A DNA stretch of 64,000 bases from Parvibaculum sp. Lineage in GTDB: Bacteria; Pseudomonadota; Alphaproteobacteria; Parvibaculales; Parvibaculaceae. The DNA lies in the NCBI RefSeq assembly GCF_030651915.1, contig NZ_JAUSBV010000002.1, positions 136,414-200,413 on the forward strand, in the 5' to 3' direction. Both the position numbers and the translations under genes were made by a program. Shown piece by piece: positions 20,341 through 29,496 of the stretch. The notes under the pieces are model-generated. The model was given only the letters and a program-made list of their open reading frames with translations, searched no databases and was not told the origin of the DNA. Positions within the stretch are counted from its first letter, which is position 1. Every line of letters begins with the position of its first letter.

Positions 20341-21666
20341 TCAAGTCTGTTCGCGAGGCTCTATCGCGTTCGATCGCCCCAACCACCAAAGCAGGACTAG
20401 GCCAGGTACCGCCAGAAGCGTACTCACAACAAAGAAGGGTACCCAGCCGATATTCTGAGCGACTTCACCTCCGCTCGCTGAAAGGAAGGTTCGCCCGAAT
20501 GATGAAAGGGCGGAAAGCAGAGCATACTGGGTCGCTGTGAATGAACGGATGCGGCAAAGGCTGGAAATCCAGCCAACGAATGCAACAGTCCCAATGCCTC
20601 CGGTGAAGCTTTCAATAGCAACAGCAACAGCTAGAGCAAAGAGGTCGGGCCCCATGAATGCCAGCCAGCAGAAGACCAAATTGGAGATCATCTGAAGCAC
20701 GCCGCCGATCCAGAGTCCTCGCGTCTGACCTACGGCGTTTACGAGCCATCCGCCAAAATAACCGCCCGCCAAAGCCGCTACGAGACCTACTGAGGAAGAA
20801 ATCCCTGCGTATGCTCCTTTTTCAAACCCCAAGTCGATGGCAAAAGGCCCAAGAAGATGTCCTGCATATGCATCGCCGAGCTTGAATAAGATTATGAAAA
20901 CGAGAATTGCCACCCACTGACGCCGCCGAGTAAATTCAAAGAATGGATCAATGACAGCGTGCCGAAAGCGTTGAGCAACGTTTTCGGGTTCCGGCGTCTC
21001 GGAAGCACTTGCTTCAGGCTCTTCAGCAAGAAGGGTCGCAACAAAGCCAACGCCCACGAGCGACGCCATCGCAACATAGCCATAAGTCCAAGCCAGATCC
21101 GCATTAACTCCAGTAGCCTGAAGCCACGCAACGAGCCCAACCGTACCGCCGGTCGCCACTAGCATAGCAATGCGGTAAGCGGCGACGAAGTTTGCCATCG
21201 CCGCTGCTTGCTCGTCTTCTGCAAGGCTCTCGATACGAAATGCGTCGATTACAATGTCCTGTGTTGCAGAAATGAAAGCGACAGCAACGGCGGCAGCTGC
21301 CATTAGAAGCGGCGCCGCCCTCGGGTCTACTAGCCCCATGCAAGAAACCGCCAGCGCCAACGCAAGCTGCGTAACGACAAGCCAAGCCCGGCGTCGACCA
21401 AGCAGCGTGGTCAAAACAGGGAGTCGAACGTGGTCTATAAAAGGTGCCCAGAGAAATTTGATTGAATAAGGAAGTCCCACCAACGCAAAGAGGCCGATAG
21501 TCGACAGATTGACGCCCTCATCCCGCATCCAGAGCGCGAGCGTCGATCCGGTCAAAGCAAGCGGCAAGCCGGAGGAAAAACCCAATAGGAGAATGATGAT
21601 CAGTCGGCGTTCGGTATAAACGCCAAGCGCTTTCCACCAGCCCCGGGCGGGCGTCATGGCAGACAT
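20341..21666 (-). CDS. ampG: AmpG-family muropeptide MFS permease
   Basis: LLLGFSSGLPLAL, PYSIKFLWAPFID, GRRRAWL, SATQDIVIDAFRIE, FKLGDA, TATQYALLS. Atypical codon usage. Confidence 0.92.
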   Translation of the reverse strand: MSAMTPARGWWKALGVYTERRLIIILLLGFSSGLPLALTGSTLALWMRDEGVNLSTIGLFALVGLPYSIKFLWAPFIDHVRLPVLTTLLGRRRAWLVVTQLALALAVSCMGLVDPRAAPLLMAAAAVAVAFISATQDIVIDAFRIESLAEDEQAAAMANFVAAYRIAMLVATGGTVGLVAWLQATGVNADLAWTYGYVAMASLVGVGFVATLLAEEPEASASETPEPENVAQRFRHAVIDPFFEFTRRRQWVAILVFIILFKLGDAYAGHLLGPFAIDLGFEKGAYAGISSSVGLVAALAGGYFGGWLVNAVGQTRGLWIGGVLQMISNLVFCWLAFMGPDLFALAVAVAIESFTGGIGTVAFVGWISSLCRIRSFTATQYALLSALSSFGRTFLSASGGEVAQNIGWVPFFVVSTLLAVPGLVLLWWLGRSNAIEPREQT

Positions 21667-21703
21667 CGGAAATCTCCCCTCGCCCTGGATCGGGCTCGCC
21701 AGT

Positions 21704-21808
21704 TTAGAACTCCTGTTTCGACAGAATCAAAACAAGAGCTCCAGGTCTTTGCTTTATCGCGTTTCCGAACCGAAAAAGCGGTGCCCACTTTTTCAGGAAA
21801 CGCTTTAG
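21704..21808. repeat. ~105-bp intergenic palindromic repeat, copy 2 (same family and orientation as 18857-18962)
   Basis: TCGCGTTTCCGAACCGAAAAAGCGGTGCCCACTTTTTCAGGAAACGCTTTAG aligns with copy 1. Its end overlaps the TAA stop of the hybrid kinase gene. Confidence 0.7.
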
Positions 21809-24003
21809 GCGTGATTCGCGGTTTCGCCAGCGGGCGTTCCATGCGCCGAACGGCGGCCCGCCCAGGCGGACAGCGCCATGCCGAGCGCATCGGCGGCGAC
21901 GGGTTTGGAGAGGTAGTCGTCCATCGCGGCGTCGAGACAGACCTGCCGGTCCTCGGCCATCGCATTGGCCGTCAGCGCGATGATGGGCAGGCTGGCCCGG
22001 GTGCTTTCGAGGCTGCGAATGCGCGCCGTCGCCTCGAAACCGTCCATGCCCGGCATGTGAAGATCCATCAGCACCAGGTCGATTTCGCCGGCAATATCGG
22101 CCTCGACGGCAGCGACGGCTTCGGCGCCGTTACGCGCCAGGCGGACGCTGTGACCGGTGTGTTCGAGGAGCGTGCGTGTCAGCAGCGCGTTGATCTCATT
22201 GTCCTCGGCGACCAGGATGCAGAGCGACAGAAGCGGCGCGTCGGCGCGGTGGGGAGCGGGCGCCTCATCCTCCGGGGCGAAGTCGGGCGCATAGGGCGCG
22301 CCGATATCGCCGGTCCAGCCGCGCACGCGCAGATCGGTCAGACGGCCGACCAGCGAGGTGGCGCGGACCGGGCGCACCAGATAACCGTCAAAGGGCGCGT
22401 CGCCGCCTTGCGTCAAGGCATCGAGGCGGTCGCGGTCTTGCGGGCGGAGCAGCACCAGGGTGCCGATGCCGGGCAAGAGCCGGCGCGCCTCGGCGGCGAG
22501 CGCGGCGCCTTCGCCGGCCGCGCCGTCGGCGGGACAGATGAAAGCGTCGGCCGGCGCGGCGGCCAGCGCACGGGCAAGGGCATCTGCATCCGCCACCAGA
22601 TGGGTTTCGGCGCCAGCGGCGCCGGCGGCCCGCGCCAGCGCGCCCGCCAGCATCGGCCGGTCGTTGAGGATCAGCACGCGGACGCCTTCCAGCGCCGTAA
22701 GTGCCGAGGCACCCGGCGCCGGTTCGGCGATCGGGAGCGGCAGGTGGACGCGGAAGACCGAACCCCGCCCGCGCGCGCTTTCGACCTCGATGCGGCCGCC
22801 CATGGCCAGCACCAGACGGCGCGTGATGGCGAGACCGAGACCAGTGCCTTCATAATGCCGCGCATGGGTTTGATCGGCTTGTGCGAATTCATCGAAGATG
22901 CACTCGAGGTTCGTTTCGTCCATGCCGATGCCGGTGTCCTCGATTTCGAGCAGCAGCTCGGCACGGTCGCCGGTACGGGTATCGGTGCGGGAGAGACGCA
23001 GCGCGACACCGCCCGCAACGGTGAACTTGATCGCATTGCCGACGAGGTTGATCAGGATCTGGCGAATGCGCGGCTCGTCGCCGATGAGACGGCGCGGCAC
23101 CGCGGCGGCGATGTCGGTGACGATTTCGATGCCCTTGTCGAAGGCACGCGGCGCCAGCAGCTCGGCCACGTTTTCGAGCACAAAGCGCGGGTCGAAGGGT
23201 GCTTCCTCGAGCCTGACCTTGCCGGCTTCGATTTTCGAGTAATCGAGAATGTCGTTGATGATGGCGAGCAGCGCCTGACCCGAGCTGCGGACGGCCTCGG
23301 CATAGGATCGCTGCGCGGGCGCAAGTTTGGTGTCGAGCAGCAACTGCGCCATGCCGATGACGCCGTTCATCGGTGTACGGATTTCATGGCTCATGGTGGC
23401 GAGGAAGAGACTTTTGGCGCGGTTGGCTTCTTTCGCCAGCTTCAGCGCCTCGGCCAGCTTTTCCTCGGCCAGCTTGCGGTCGGTGACGTCGCGGCCGACC
23501 GACTGGATTTCAATCAGTTTGCCGTCGTCGTCGCGGATGGCGAATTCCTCCCAGGCGATCCAGCGCGGGCCGCGTGTCGTCAAGGCGCGCTCGTCGAAGC
23601 GGACGCGATAGGGCGGCGTCGCGAGACCGGCGAAACTTGCCAGCATGCGCGGGTTCTCGCCTTCCGGCAGTTCGGGAATGAAGGTGTGGCCGATCACATC
23701 GGCGCGGCGCTTGCCGAAGGTGTCGCAGAAGACATCGTTGACATAGGTCAGGCGGGCCTGCAGGTCGCGGCGGATGATGACGTCGCCCTGTGCGCGCAAA
23801 AGATCGCGATAACGCGCCTCGCGCTCGGCAATTTCCCATTTTTCGTCGCGCAAGGTTTCGATGCGGGCCCGCAGCAGCTCGATCTCGCCGAGATGGATGG
23901 TTGCGCGCGCCGACGCCCGGCGCCAGGCCTCAACGCCCAGAAACAGGACGGCGGCCAGCCCGAGCAGCAGAAGGGGCGTCTGGTCGAAGGCAAGGACGGG
24001 CAT
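21805..24003 (-). CDS. PAS-domain hybrid histidine kinase with pseudo-receiver plus receiver (ShkA-like C-terminal half)
   Basis: N-terminal TM and coiled coil, PAS (IAWEE...[12 protein letters not shown]), H-box [37 protein letters not shown], a degenerate REC lacking the phospho-Asp, and a canonical REC (VAEDNEIN...[11 protein letters not shown]...YLSKP). Confidence 0.88.
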   Translation of the reverse strand: MPVLAFDQTPLLLLGLAAVLFLGVEAWRRASARATIHLGEIELLRARIETLRDEKWEIAEREARYRDLLRAQGDVIIRRDLQARLTYVNDVFCDTFGKRRADVIGHTFIPELPEGENPRMLASFAGLATPPYRVRFDERALTTRGPRWIAWEEFAIRDDDGKLIEIQSVGRDVTDRKLAEEKLAEALKLAKEANRAKSLFLATMSHEIRTPMNGVIGMAQLLLDTKLAPAQRSYAEAVRSSGQALLAIINDILDYSKIEAGKVRLEEAPFDPRFVLENVAELLAPRAFDKGIEIVTDIAAAVPRRLIGDEPRIRQILINLVGNAIKFTVAGGVALRLSRTDTRTGDRAELLLEIEDTGIGMDETNLECIFDEFAQADQTHARHYEGTGLGLAITRRLVLAMGGRIEVESARGRGSVFRVHLPLPIAEPAPGASALTALEGVRVLILNDRPMLAGALARAAGAAGAETHLVADADALARALAAAPADAFICPADGAAGEGAALAAEARRLLPGIGTLVLLRPQDRDRLDALTQGGDAPFDGYLVRPVRATSLVGRLTDLRVRGWTGDIGAPYAPDFAPEDEAPAPHRADAPLLSLCILVAEDNEINALLTRTLLEHTGHSVRLARNGAEAVAAVEADIAGEIDLVLMDLHMPGMDGFEATARIRSLESTRASLPIIALTANAMAEDRQVCLDAAMDDYLSKPVAADALGMALSAWAGRRSAHGTPAGETANHA

Positions 24004-24123
24004 ACGGGTTCCGCGGCTGCCGGCCTTGCGGCCGGGCATGTCGACAAGACCCGACTGTGCCTCCCCCGCACTTGAGAAAGCGCTAAGGCTTATGGTTAGC
24101 GAAAGGTAAAGAGCCCGCGCGCA

Positions 24124-25674
24124 TCAGGCAGCGGCGCCGAGTTTTCCGGCCACTGTTTCACGGTAGGCGAGTGCCTCGGCGATGTGGATTCGGGTGACGC
24201 CGTCCGCGCCGTCGAGATCGGCCAGGGTGCGGGCGACGCGCAATACGCGGTGATAGCCGCGCGCGGTCAGGCCCATGCGCTCGGCGGCCTCGACCAGCAG
24301 ACGCTTGCCGGCATCGTCGGGCGTTGCGATGCGGTCGAGCAGTTCGCCCTCGACATGGGCGTTGAGCAACATGGATTGCGGGCCGACGATTTCGGTGAAG
24401 CGGGCATCCTGCGCCTCGCGCGCCGCGGCGACGCGGGCGGCAACCTCGGGCGAGCCTTCGGCCGGCGGCGGCAGCGCCAGATCGGCATGCGCCACGGGTG
24501 GCACTTCGATGTGGATGTCGATGCGGTCGAGCATCGGCCCCGACAGTTTCGCCTGATAGTCGCCGATGCAGCGCGGCACGCGCGGACAGGCGCGCGCCGC
24601 ATCGCCCGCATGGCCGCAACGGCAGGGGTTCATCGCCGCAACCAGCTGGAAGCGGGCCGGGAAGGTCACATGTGCATTGGCGCGGGCGACGACTGCCTCA
24701 CCTGACTCAAGCGGCTGACGCAAGCTGTCGAGCACCTGGCGCGGGAACTCCGGCAGTTCATCGAGGAACAGGACGCCGCGATGCGCGAGCGAGATTTCAC
24801 CGGGGCGGACGCGAAGCCCACCGCCGACCAGCGCCGGCATCGAGGCCGAATGATGCGGCGCGCGATAGGGACGGCGGCGGCCGATGCCGGTTTTCAAAAG
24901 CTCGCCGGCGAGCGAGGCGACCATCGACACCTCCAGCATCTCGCGCGGCGAAAGCGGCGGCAGAATGCCGGGAAGGCGCGCGGCCAGCATAGACTTGCCG
25001 GAGCCGGGCGGGCCGACCATCAACATGTTGTGGCCGCCGGCGGCGGCGACCTCGAGTGCGCGCTTGGCCGATTCCTGTCCTTTGATATCGCGCAGGTCTG
25101 GCACGGTCCCCGCTTCGACCGCCTTCATCGGCGCCGGTTCGGAGAGGACCTGACTGCCGCGAAAATGATTGACCAGCGCGATGATCGAGCGCGGCGCCAG
25201 CACGCCGCCCGGATTTGCCGCGTCCATGCCGGCCCAAGCGGCTTCGGGCCCGCAGGCTTCGGGGCAGATCAGGCCCTTGCCGCGGGCATTGGCGGCAATC
25301 GCCGCCGGCAGCGCGCCGGCGACCGGATTGATGGTGCCGTCCAATGACAATTCGCCGATGGCGACGAAACGCTCGAGCTCCTGCGCCGGCAGCACGCCCA
25401 TGACGACCAGCAGGCCGAGCGCGATGGGGAGATCGTAATGGCTACCTTCCTTTGGCAGATCGGCGGGGGCGAGATTGACCGTGATGCGCTTGGCCGGCAG
25501 GCCGAGACCGATCGCATGGAGGGCGGCGCGCACGCGCTCGCGGCTTTCGGCAACCGCCTTGTCGCCGAGGCCGACGACCGCAAAACCGATGACACCACCG
25601 GCGATATGGACCTGCACATCAACCGGACGCGCCTCGACGCCCTGAAAGGCCACCGTCTCGATATGCGCGACCAT
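24124..25674 (-). CDS. comM: YifB/ComM Mg-chelatase-like AAA+ ATPase
   Basis: VAESRERVRAA, NLAPADLPKEGSHYDLPIA, GPPGSGKS, PGEISLAHRGVLFLDELPEF, AAMNPCRCG. Confidence 0.92.
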   Translation of the reverse strand: MVAHIETVAFQGVEARPVDVQVHIAGGVIGFAVVGLGDKAVAESRERVRAALHAIGLGLPAKRITVNLAPADLPKEGSHYDLPIALGLLVVMGVLPAQELERFVAIGELSLDGTINPVAGALPAAIAANARGKGLICPEACGPEAAWAGMDAANPGGVLAPRSIIALVNHFRGSQVLSEPAPMKAVEAGTVPDLRDIKGQESAKRALEVAAAGGHNMLMVGPPGSGKSMLAARLPGILPPLSPREMLEVSMVASLAGELLKTGIGRRRPYRAPHHSASMPALVGGGLRVRPGEISLAHRGVLFLDELPEFPRQVLDSLRQPLESGEAVVARANAHVTFPARFQLVAAMNPCRCGHAGDAARACPRVPRCIGDYQAKLSGPMLDRIDIHIEVPPVAHADLALPPPAEGSPEVAARVAAAREAQDARFTEIVGPQSMLLNAHVEGELLDRIATPDDAGKRLLVEAAERMGLTARGYHRVLRVARTLADLDGADGVTRIHIAEALAYRETVAGKLGAAA

Positions 25675-25730
25675 GATGCCCGCCCTGTCCGGTTATGGGG
25701 AAAGGCTAGCGCAATGGTGAATTACGTCAA

Positions 25731-25745
25731 GAACGAAATGGGAAC
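25731..25745. promoter_or_regulatory. alphaproteobacterial LexA (SOS) box upstream of comM
   Basis: GAAC-GAAATGG-GAAC, i.e. GTTC-N7-GTTC on the comM strand, 57 nt upstream of the ATG. Confidence 0.75.
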
Positions 25746-25796
25746 AAAAGACGACGCCCCTGCCCGGTCCTGCGCCTTGCGGCAGCGCGCGCAGTG

Positions 25797-26183
25797 TCAG
25801 GCGGCGTCGACCGCCGCCGCCAGCATCCCCGCGACCGCCTTTGCGACCTCGGTAAGCTGCGGATTGCCGATGGCACCCATCGAGGCGACAGGGTCAATAG
25901 CCGCCACCTCGACTCGCGACGCGTCCGCCTGCCGCAAGATGACGTTGCAGGGAAGCATGGTGCCGATCTTGTTTTCGAGCGCGAGCGCCCGGTCCGCCAT
26001 CGCGGGATTGCAGGCTCCGAGAATGCGATAGGGCGCCATGTCCTTGCCCAGCTTTTTCTTCATCGTCGCGGCGACGTCGATGTCGGTGAGGATGCCGAAG
26101 CCCTGAGCGGCAAGCGCCGTCGTCACGCGCTCCACAGCGGCATCGAACGCACATTCGATGGTCCGTGCGTGATAATAGGTCAT
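25797..26183 (-). CDS. DUF302-family protein
   Basis: ALAAQGFGILTDIDVAATMKKKLG, PYRILGACNP, IGTMLPCNVIL. Confidence 0.85.
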   Translation of the reverse strand: MTYYHARTIECAFDAAVERVTTALAAQGFGILTDIDVAATMKKKLGKDMAPYRILGACNPAMADRALALENKIGTMLPCNVILRQADASRVEVAAIDPVASMGAIGNPQLTEVAKAVAGMLAAAVDAA

Positions 26184-26216
26184 CGTCTGCTCTTTCTGGC
26201 CCGGAAAATTGCGAGC

Positions 26217-26783
26217 CTACATGCAACCCATGACCGGCAGGAGACGGTCGGCCTTCAGTTTCTGCTCCGCTGACAGCGTGCCATAAAGTGCTTCGGTCGC
26301 GGGCTTCAGGGCTTCCAGAGCCGCAAGGCGGGACTTCATCATCTCAATATGGAAATCGAGCCTTCCGGAGGGCGTCGCGTCCTGCTGCCCGGACGCCTCG
26401 CGCATCCTCCGGTGCATCGACACCATGACACCCGCGTTCGACTGCAGCGCGTCGGCATAATCGTTCCAAACCGCCTGCTGATCGTCGGTAATGCCGAGCT
26501 CGGCCTTGAGGAAGGCGACACGGCCATCCGCATAGGTCTCGATATCGCCGTCGCCCGACCAGCCGCCCATCATCATGCCGCAGCCGCCACCCATCATACC
26601 CATGCCAGGGCCCGTCATCCCGGTGCCCCAGCCGCTTCCGCCCATCATGCCGCCCTGGCCCATCATCATGCCGGGGCCCTGCCCCTGCCCGCCTTTATCG
26701 GCCATCTGCGCCGCGGCGGGTCCGCCCATGAGAGCGATGCCGAAGAGAGCGACACAAATCATGCTGCTCGGTTTCATCGTCAT
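26217..26783 (-). CDS. periplasmic Spy/CpxP (LTXXQ)-family protein with a Met/Gly-rich N-terminal region
   Basis: Signal peptide (PAAA/Q), GPGMMMGQGGMMGG...GMGMMGGGCGMMMGG, then RVAFLKAELGITDDQQAVWNDYA and LYGTLSAEQKLKAD. The start may be 26777. Confidence 0.8.
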   Translation of the reverse strand: MTMKPSSMICVALFGIALMGGPAAAQMADKGGQGQGPGMMMGQGGMMGGSGWGTGMTGPGMGMMGGGCGMMMGGWSGDGDIETYADGRVAFLKAELGITDDQQAVWNDYADALQSNAGVMVSMHRRMREASGQQDATPSGRLDFHIEMMKSRLAALEALKPATEALYGTLSAEQKLKADRLLPVMGCM

Positions 26784-27076
26784 TCCTTCCCGGTTGAGAT
26801 TTCGGTTACTCGCGATCAGACGAACAGGGATCGTCGATGGCTGCATTGCGCTCGATCAAATTCCGTCGAAAGCCCGGTCCGGGCGGACTTCCACAGTCGA
26901 CTTCAGGGGGGCGTCGCGAAGTTGAAGCGGAGCCTGCGCTCGTTGGCGAAGAGGTCGAGACCGCGCGGACCGACCGAGGCGATGCGGCTGGCGAAAGGGA
27001 TGACCGGCACCAGGCTCGTTGAGCGCCTAGGCACCAAAATGTGCAGTGCGGCGAAGGGCAACCGGTCGGGCTGCGG

Positions 27077-28375
27077 CTATTTCTTCGACCGCGCCGCCTC
27101 GGCCGCGTCCATCACGCGCATCAGGTTTTCGCCCCAGAGCTTGCCGATTTGCTCTTCGGTGTAGCCGCGGCGGACCAGCTCGGCCGTCACGTTGAGGGTT
27201 TCGCCGGCATGGGACCAGCCTTCGATGCCGCCGCCGCCCTGAAAATCCGACGAGATGCCGACATGGTCGATGCCGACCAGTTTCACCGCATGGTCGATGT
27301 GATCGGCAAGCGTCGCCACGGTGGCGCGCGGCCATTTGGCGTCAAGCGCCGCGACGCTGTCGGCGAATTTGCGCTTCGTCTCGTCGCTGGCGCCAAAAAA
27401 GGCATCGAGCGAGATCATCCCAAGCGAGGCCGCCAGTTCGCGCCGCGCCTTCAGCTTTTCCTCCGGCACCTCATGCAGATAGGCGTCGAAGGCGACGATC
27501 TGGATGACGCCGCCCCTGGCCGCCAGCGCCTTGATTTCTTCATCCGTCATGTTGCGCGGATGGGGATGGAGGGCGTGAACCGAGGAATGCGAGGCGATGA
27601 CCGGTGCCCGCGACAGCTCGATCGCTTCGAGCGCGGCGGCTTTCGAGGCGTGGCTGACATCGACCATCAGGCCGAGATCGTTGGCGCGGGCAATGAGGGT
27701 GCGGCCGAAATCCGACAGGCCGCCATGCTCGCCGCCTTCCTCGTTGGCGCGGTCAGTGAATTTTTCCTGCGGCAGGGCGCTGTCGGCAATATCGTTGTGG
27801 CCGTTGTGAACAAGGCCCAGATAGCGCGCGCCCAGCGCATAGTAAGTGTCGAGCAATTCGGGCGACCGGCCGATCACATAGCCGTTCTCGATGCCGATCA
27901 GCGCCACCCGCTTGCCTTCGCCGTGCAGGCGGCGGATATCGGCGGCGGAGCGGGCAAGGCCGATTTCGTCCGGGTAGAGATTATCGGTCATGCGGCGGAT
28001 GGCGGCGAATTTCGCGAAGGCCTCGGAGGCGGCCTGCGCATAACCCGCATCGTCGCGTGCGCCCTGCCCCGCATAGACGACAAAGAAGACCGCGTCGAGA
28101 CCGCCCTCGCGCATGCGCGGCAGATCGACCTGAACGGGCCAGGTCCCCGTCTTGCCGGGATCGTACATCTCCGTGCCGAAGCTTGTCGGGATGTCGACAT
28201 GGGTGTCGATCGTGATGACGCTTGCATGAATGCGCGCCGCCGTTTCTGCCAGTGTCGGCGGCGGCGCATCGGGGATGAAGACCGGGCGCAGCGTCCAGAT
28301 GGCGCCGACGACCAGCGCCAGACCGGCGGCCAGAATGGCGTAACGCGTCCATTTCATGTGTGCCCTGCCCGGCAT
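27077..28375 (-). CDS. membrane-anchored dipeptidase (peptidase M19 family)
   Basis: IDTHVD, ALIGIENG, LVHNGHN, MVDVSH, IASHS, IDHVGISSDF; N-terminal TM segment; GGAGG RBS before 28375. Confidence 0.9.
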   Translation of the reverse strand: MPGRAHMKWTRYAILAAGLALVVGAIWTLRPVFIPDAPPPTLAETAARIHASVITIDTHVDIPTSFGTEMYDPGKTGTWPVQVDLPRMREGGLDAVFFVVYAGQGARDDAGYAQAASEAFAKFAAIRRMTDNLYPDEIGLARSAADIRRLHGEGKRVALIGIENGYVIGRSPELLDTYYALGARYLGLVHNGHNDIADSALPQEKFTDRANEEGGEHGGLSDFGRTLIARANDLGLMVDVSHASKAAALEAIELSRAPVIASHSSVHALHPHPRNMTDEEIKALAARGGVIQIVAFDAYLHEVPEEKLKARRELAASLGMISLDAFFGASDETKRKFADSVAALDAKWPRATVATLADHIDHAVKLVGIDHVGISSDFQGGGGIEGWSHAGETLNVTAELVRRGYTEEQIGKLWGENLMRVMDAAEAARSKK

Positions 28376-28391
28376 GCTCACGCCTCCCCTT

Positions 28392-29336
28392 TCACGCGCC
28401 GCGACGCGCCTCGATCGCATCCCAGACAAGACCCGCCAGATTGGCATTGTCGAAGCGGTCGATTTCCTGAATGCCGGTCGGCGAGGTGACGTTGATCTCG
28501 GTCAACCAGTCGCCGATCACATCGATGCCGACGAAGATCAATCCGCGCGCCTTCAGTTCCGGTCCGATCGTCTCGCAGATTTCGCGTTCGCGCGCCGTCA
28601 GCGACCATTTTTCAGGCCGGCCGCCGACATGCATGTTGGAGCGCGATTCGCCTTCGGCCGGAACACGATTGATCGCGCCGACCGGTTCACCGTCGACCAG
28701 GATGATGCGCTTGTCGCCCTGACGGACTTCGGGGAGATATTTCTGCACGATCACCGGCTCGCGGTTCATCTGACCGAAAATCTCGAGCAGCGAATTGAGG
28801 TTCTCGTCGCCCTCGCGGATGCGGAAGACGCCGATGCCGCCATTGCCGAACAGCGGCTTGACGATGATGTCGCCGAATTCGCGGCGGAAGGCGCGAATCT
28901 CTTCCGGATCGCGGCTGATCAGGGTCGGCGGAAGCAAGCCCTTGAAGCGCACTGCAAAAAGCTTTTCGGGCGCATTGCGCACTTCGGCCGGATTGTTCAC
29001 CACCAGCGTTTTCGGGTGCACGGTTTCGAGAATATGGGTCGCCGTGATGTAGCTCATGTCGAAAGGCGGGTCCTGGCGCATCAGCACGACATCGAGATCG
29101 GCGAGAAAGGTCTTTTCGAGGCTGCCCAGGGTCGAATGATTGCCGACCTCGCGGCGCAGCGTCATCGGCCGCATGCGCGCATAGGCGCGGCCGTCACGCA
29201 TCGAGAGATCCTTGGGCTCGTAATAGAAAAGCCTGTGGCCGCGGCGCTGCGCCTCCAGCCCCAGTGCAAAGGTCGAATCGGCGTTGATGTTGATCTGGTG
29301 GACCGGATCCATCTGGATGGCGACGGCAAGGCTCAT
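28392..29336 (-). CDS. gshB: glutathione synthetase
   Basis: [50 protein letters not shown]. Confidence 0.97.
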   Translation of the reverse strand: MSLAVAIQMDPVHQININADSTFALGLEAQRRGHRLFYYEPKDLSMRDGRAYARMRPMTLRREVGNHSTLGSLEKTFLADLDVVLMRQDPPFDMSYITATHILETVHPKTLVVNNPAEVRNAPEKLFAVRFKGLLPPTLISRDPEEIRAFRREFGDIIVKPLFGNGGIGVFRIREGDENLNSLLEIFGQMNREPVIVQKYLPEVRQGDKRIILVDGEPVGAINRVPAEGESRSNMHVGGRPEKWSLTAREREICETIGPELKARGLIFVGIDVIGDWLTEINVTSPTGIQEIDRFDNANLAGLVWDAIEARRGA

Positions 29337-29354
29337 GCTGTTCTCTCACGTTCG

Positions 29355-29459
29355 TTCACGCGCGGGCCAAGCCCGCGCGGTCTCGGGCATTCACGCGCGG
29401 ACCTGGCCCGCGCGGTCTTGGACACTCACGCGCTGACCTGGCCCGCGCGGGCTCGGGGA
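29355..29459. repeat. three tandem 35-bp imperfect palindromic repeats
   Basis: TTCACGCGCGGGCCAAGCCCGCGCGGTCTCGGGCA / TTCACGCGCGGACCTGGCCCGCGCGGTCTTGGACA / CTCACGCGCTGACCTGGCCCGCGCGGGCTCGGGGA. Confidence 0.9.
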
Positions 29460-29496
29460 AAGATGGGGGGAGAACCCCCGCTTTGCGAGAAAAAAA

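Noticed and set aside
29355-29459. CRISPR interpretation of the 35-bp repeats
   Set aside because: The units abut with no unique spacers, and there are no cas genes or leader.
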